Origin: Gemmatimonadaceae bacterium
GTDB taxonomy: Bacteria > Gemmatimonadota > Gemmatimonadetes > Gemmatimonadales > Gemmatimonadaceae
Reading direction: 5' to 3'
NCBI GenBank assembly: GCA_040902005.1
Contig: JBBDYA010000124.1
Span: forward strand, 1-60,988
DNA: 60,988 nucleotides
Positions 57,009-60,988 of the stretch are shown here, piece by piece. Under the pieces are notes generated by a model. It had not been told where the DNA came from. It saw only the letters and a program-made list of their open reading frames with translations, and did not search any database. A program made the translations under genes and the position numbers. Positions within the stretch are counted from its first letter, which is position 1, and the number at the start of each line of letters is the position of its first letter.

Positions 57009-57653
57009 TCAGTTCGACCCGAGACCGCCCAGCGCCTCCGCGCTCAGCTGAAATTCGGAGGGCAATACCCGCGCATGCTGTCCACAGATACGCTCCAGCC
57101 CGTCGGGCTGGGTGTCGCCCAGCAGACTAGCTTTGGAGTACGCGCACAGCAGGGAAAACGAATACTGCACGGCGAGTCCGTTCCACAGTTTCTCGAGCGC
57201 AATCGCGCCCTCGGCTTTTCCATCCTTCCAGAGCCGGTCCACCATCTCGCCGTAGGCCCGCACCACGACGTACCTGCGATTCAGCATGAGCCGCTCGAAC
57301 ACGTTGCCGACGGTCGCGCTGAACAGCTCGGCGTTGGGGCGCCCACCCTCCATGAACGCGGACAGCGTCTGGTCGGCATCCAGCCAGATCACGTCGCGCC
57401 CGTGCACGAGATCCTCCGGATCGACACCCAGCGCGAGCATCCGGGCCGCGAATGCCCTGCGGTGCGCCGGCGTGGCGATTACCACCAGTGGCTGTCCCGC
57501 CCGAAAGCCCTCGACGAGGAATGCGGCAACGGTGGAGGCGAGGAAATCCTCGTCTTCGTAAAACTGCACGTCATGTCCGGGCACCCAGGCGCGCATCGTT
57601 TCCTGCATCGCCAGCGAGAGGGGGGGGCGTTCGGGGGGAGTGTTGTTCGACAT
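57009..57653 (-). CDS. Stand-alone MEDS domain protein
   Basis: HDVQFYEDE, VIATPAH, VRAYGEMVDRLW, LEKLWN and LLCAY motifs. Confidence 0.85.
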   Translation of the reverse strand: MSNNTPPERPPLSLAMQETMRAWVPGHDVQFYEDEDFLASTVAAFLVEGFRAGQPLVVIATPAHRRAFAARMLALGVDPEDLVHGRDVIWLDADQTLSAFMEGGRPNAELFSATVGNVFERLMLNRRYVVVRAYGEMVDRLWKDGKAEGAIALEKLWNGLAVQYSFSLLCAYSKASLLGDTQPDGLERICGQHARVLPSEFQLSAEALGGLGSN

Positions 57654-57816
57654 GTCAGGAATCGGCGGCAAGAAAGGGGTGACTGGGCGAATATTGGTCC
57701 GCGGTTACGTGGTTACCAAGTGTATCAAATGCGTGCGTTGCTTTTTGCAGGTCTCGTGCCCTGACGCGCCCGCCACTGGCCGACACTCCGGTCGCCGGAT
57801 CGAGTAGACTCACTCC

Positions 57817-58635
57817 ATGAAACGACTGTTCTGGCTTGTGCTCGCCTGCTCGTGTTCGGCGTCCGAATCGGATCCCGCCGGGGACACGACACCCACCGCC
57901 ATGGAAACCGGTGACAGCCTGCGAGCACCGGCCGCCGCGGACACGATCGGCACGATGCCGGCACCCGATGCCGGGCAGAGAGAGATCTTCATCGACGCCG
58001 TGACTACCGGGAATCCGGTGGTCGTGCGCGGACGCGCCCGCACGTTCGAGAACACGGTGCAGGTGCGCGCGCGTGACGCCGATGGGGCGCTCATTGCGAT
58101 GAACTTTACCACGAGCGCTGGGGAGATGGGACACCACAACCCGTACGAGGCACAGCTCTGGCTCGTGCGGGATCCCGGCAGCCGGATGTTCGTGGATGCG
58201 TTCGAGTATTCCGCAAAGGACGGTTCCGAACGGTCGCTGACGACCGATACGCTGGAGTTCGCGGGTGCGCGCATGCCGGTGACCTTGATGTTTTCCGCGG
58301 ACGAGTGCACGGCGACGAAGTCATTCGATCGGCAGGTGCCCCGCACGGTCGCGGTCGCGCGTCTGCTCGTGGAAGCGCTGGTGGCCGGGCCGACCGCGGC
58401 CGATAAGGCCGCGGGCGCCAGCGCCCCGTTTCCCCCAGGCTCGCGAGTGAATACGGTGAGGCTTCGCGACGGCGAGCTGACGGTGGACTTCAACGAACGT
58501 CTGCAGAACGTCGGCGGCTCGTGCGCGGCGCAGGCCATTCGCGCCTCGGTCACCCACACGCTGGAGCGGCTGCCGGCCGTGCGGCGGGTGGTGATTTCCG
58601 CCGGTGGCAGCCGGGACCTCGCGCTTCAGCCCTGA
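57817..58635 (+). CDS. Lipoprotein with Gmad2 Ig-like and GerMN domains
   Basis: LAC lipobox; VRGRARTFENTV; ALVAGPT..LTVDF..GGSC. Confidence 0.8.
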   Translation: MKRLFWLVLACSCSASESDPAGDTTPTAMETGDSLRAPAAADTIGTMPAPDAGQREIFIDAVTTGNPVVVRGRARTFENTVQVRARDADGALIAMNFTTSAGEMGHHNPYEAQLWLVRDPGSRMFVDAFEYSAKDGSERSLTTDTLEFAGARMPVTLMFSADECTATKSFDRQVPRTVAVARLLVEALVAGPTAADKAAGASAPFPPGSRVNTVRLRDGELTVDFNERLQNVGGSCAAQAIRASVTHTLERLPAVRRVVISAGGSRDLALQP

Positions 58636-59147
58636 GCGCGATAGACCGTGATGGCGGTGTCGTCGAACACGCGCCGCCGGGCACCTCGCGGCAGCACATG
58701 CGCGCGGTCGTGCTCCACCGCGAACACGCGAGCGAAGCGCTGCTCCCGCCAGCTCGCGAGCACGCGGTCCAGCATGCGCGATCCATACGGCGGATCGGCG
58801 AAGGCCACCTCGTAACTGCCCGCACGGAGCGCGGCCGCGAACGGGAGTGCGTCGCGCTTGAAGACACGAGTGGACTTGAGGAGCCGGAGGGACGCGATGT
58901 TGGCACGCAGCGCGTGCAGGCTGGACGGCCGCGTTTCCACGAAATCCGCGCTCTTCGCGCCGCGCGAGATGGCCTCCAGCCCCAGCGCGCCGCTACCCGC
59001 GAAGAGGTCCAGCACGCGCGCGTCCTTCAAGTCGTCCCGCAGCAGGTCCAGCAGGGCGGCACGCACGTTCTCCGCGGTGGGACGCACGCGGAAGTCGTTC
59101 GGCGAGGTGAGATCCCAATCCGCGAACTTGCCTCCAACGATTCGCAC
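58626..59147 (-). CDS. rsmD: RsmD family RNA methyltransferase (16S m2G966)
   Basis: MRIVGG, VRPT, VLDLFAGSGALGLEAISRGA and DPPY motifs. Confidence 0.9.
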   Translation of the reverse strand: MRIVGGKFADWDLTSPNDFRVRPTAENVRAALLDLLRDDLKDARVLDLFAGSGALGLEAISRGAKSADFVETRPSSLHALRANIASLRLLKSTRVFKRDALPFAAALRAGSYEVAFADPPYGSRMLDRVLASWREQRFARVFAVEHDRAHVLPRGARRRVFDDTAITVYRAQG

Positions 59148-59509
59148 CGACGGAACGTAGCCGTGTCCAGCCCATGAGCGAGCCTTTGGGGCACAGACGG
59201 TGACAGATCGTGACGCTCTGGCGCGGCTTCACGGGTTGATGACGCGGCAGCGCATTGCGTTCACGGCGCTTCGTCGTCCATGGCGGGGACATATTAAAGG
59301 ATATTAGGAATCGGCCCCCCAGCGCGGTTTCTTGCGAGCACGGCTCCCCCTCAGCCGGCGCTCCTTCCCTCCGTCGCAACACGCGCACAACATCATGCAG
59401 CCAAACGTCTTACGAGGTGCCATCGGATCATTACGGATTTGTAATTCGGCGGTAAGCGGCCTGTCATACGTGCACTCCTACACTGAGGCACACATCACAA
59501 GCCAAGACA

Positions 59510-59980
59510 ATGACCTCCGCCGTGTTCCCCGCCCCGCTCGCGAACGCCCCCAGCCGCAACGCGGCTGTGGAGCCGTCGCGCAATCGGCGCGGTGCCCGGT
59601 GGTTGCTGCTCGTGGCGATCGTGGCGGCTGGTGCGTGCAGCGACGCCGCGGTTGCTCCGCAGGCGTCGATCGACAGGGTGGCTGCGGCGCGGGTCATGCC
59701 CAGTGTAACTGATGCACGCGTTCGCCTGGCGGGCGGCATCGAGAACGAAGCGATTCGCGAGCGCGTGACGCACGACCTCACCGAACTCGCGCGCGCGCTC
59801 ACGAACGGCGACGGATCGAAGGCGCGCTTCCACACGCGCGTCCTCGGCAACGTGCTGACGGACTATAGAAGCCAGCAGGGTGGCAGCATGACCGATGGTC
59901 AGGACGTTACGGCGATCGCGCTGATGTTGTTCTCCGTGGCGCAGGTGATCGATGTGCAGGTGGTCCTTCCACTACCATAA
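59510..59980 (+). CDS. Hypothetical lipoprotein
   Basis: Hydrophobic stretch ending in AGAC; helical mature region. Confidence 0.6.
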   Translation: MTSAVFPAPLANAPSRNAAVEPSRNRRGARWLLLVAIVAAGACSDAAVAPQASIDRVAAARVMPSVTDARVRLAGGIENEAIRERVTHDLTELARALTNGDGSKARFHTRVLGNVLTDYRSQQGGSMTDGQDVTAIALMLFSVAQVIDVQVVLPLP

Positions 59981-60078
59981 TCACAGGAGACTGATGACAT
60001 CGCCACAGCGCCCGGCTAGCGACGTTGCATAGCAGGGATCTGTCGACCCGCCGATACTGGTGGGGATCAGTTCCACTA

Positions 60079-60988
60079 TTGAAGCCACACCTCCCGAAGG
60101 CCCCTTCGCAGTTCCCGCGCTCAGTCGCGGGTATTTGTGTTGTGGTTCTCGGGTTTCTGGCGCCAACAGGACGGGCGACCGCGCAGAGCGTGCCGGGCGA
60201 TACGGTGCGCGCATGCTACGTCCCGTCCACCGGCACGATTTACCGCATCAAGGAATCCGGAGTGCCGGCGAACTGCATCGGTGCAAGCCACGTGGAGTTC
60301 TGGTGGCTTTCGTCTGGTGCCGGATCGATCGGGCCAGTCGGGCCCACAGGTGCCTCCGGCCCGACCGGTGAAGTAGGCGCGACGGGACTGACTGGAGCAA
60401 CGGGCGACATCGGGGCGACGGGTGCGACGGGTGATGTTGGCGCGTCGGGCGCACAGGGCCCGATCGGGCCCACGGGAGCAGTTGGGGCAACGGGAGCGGC
60501 GGGCGCTAATGGAGCCACTGGCGCCGCGGGGACGGCAGGGGCTACTGGCGCTGCTGGCACCGATGGACTGACGGGCGCAACTGGTCCCGCCGGGGCGGAT
60601 GGTGCGACCGGCGCACAGGGACCGAACGGTGCGAGTGGAGCCCCTGGGCCAACGGGCGCAACTGGCGATGTGGGTGCTACGGGCGCCGCTGGAGCGACGG
60701 GCCTCGATGGCGCGACCGGCTCCCAGGGTCCAACCGGTCCGACAGGAGCCGTTGGTGCCACGGGCGCAAATGGCGCGACCGGCGCTGCTGGTGCCACTGG
60801 AGCAGCGGGTGCTGATGGCGCGACTGGCGCACAGGGTACGATTGGTCCGACGGGAGCCGTTGGTGCAACGGGCGCAAATGGCGCGACCGGCGCTGCTGGC
60901 GCCACTGGAGCAACCGGTGCTGACGGCGCGACCGGCGCACAGGGTACGATTGGTCCGACGGGAGCCGTTGGTGCAACGGGCGCAAATG
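60079..60988 (+). CDS. Collagen-like secreted/surface protein (partial, runs off the window)
   Basis: TTG start; signal-like segment; [20 protein letters not shown] head; 74 uninterrupted Gly-X-Y triplets from 60322; no stop, so absent from the ORF track. Confidence 0.88.
   Translation, partial: MKPHLPKAPSQFPRSVAGICVVVLGFLAPTGRATAQSVPGDTVRACYVPSTGTIYRIKESGVPANCIGASHVEFWWLSSGAGSIGPVGPTGASGPTGEVGATGLTGATGDIGATGATGDVGASGAQGPIGPTGAVGATGAAGANGATGAAGTAGATGAAGTDGLTGATGPAGADGATGAQGPNGASGAPGPTGATGDVGATGAAGATGLDGATGSQGPTGPTGAVGATGANGATGAAGATGAAGADGATGAQGTIGPTGAVGATGANGATGAAGATGATGADGATGAQGTIGPTGAVGATGAN
60745..60988 (+). repeat. 108-bp (12 GXY triplet) tandem repeat inside the collagen gene
   Basis: GGAGCCGTTGGTGC recurs at 60745, 60853 and 60961. 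Confidence 0.9.

Noticed and set aside
57817..58635. GerMN domain as evidence of sporulation
   Set aside because: The domain is widespread in non-sporulating bacteria and no other sporulation genes are present.
60240..60985. Pro/Ala-repeat ORFs on the minus strand
   Set aside because: Antisense shadows of the collagen GXY repeat.
1..60988. CRISPR arrays, tRNA/rRNA, transposases, integrases, phage genes
   Set aside because: No repeat-spacer pattern, cloverleaf or mobile-element protein recognised by eye; small ncRNAs could have been missed.

Overview
High-GC bacterial chromosomal segment, most likely Gemmatimonadota (inferred from gene families, not tested). It begins in a C-run and ends inside a tandem repeat, so it may be a whole contig. 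About 60 CDSs are present; I saw no rRNA, tRNA, CRISPR array or mobile element. Housekeeping content: etfA/etfB, acyl-CoA dehydrogenase, IDH, cstA, many peptidases, TonB system, Cu/Zn SOD, rsmD. The standout is a long minus-strand run: a sigma70-like promoter overlapped by a near-consensus Rex operator -> atpZ-I-B-E-F-H. Where atpAGDC would normally follow, a gas vesicle cluster (gvpF-G-[Get3/ArsA-like ATPase]-L-S-L/F-K-J-A) starts 56 nt later, lacking gvpN/C/O and followed closely by a soluble PAS histidine kinase. Hypothesis: a redox/energy-linked buoyancy (or Gvp-organelle) system using a Get3-like chaperone ATPase. Other oddities: a nucleotidyltransferase-fold protein coupled to an EEP hydrolase, a TonB-dependent receptor with a C-terminal Spy/CpxP-like tail, an M1 peptidase with an Omp85-like C-terminus, a wHTH + 2x DUF5985 module, a split cstA/ybdD pair and a collagen-like protein. 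All family calls come from motif recognition, with no database search.
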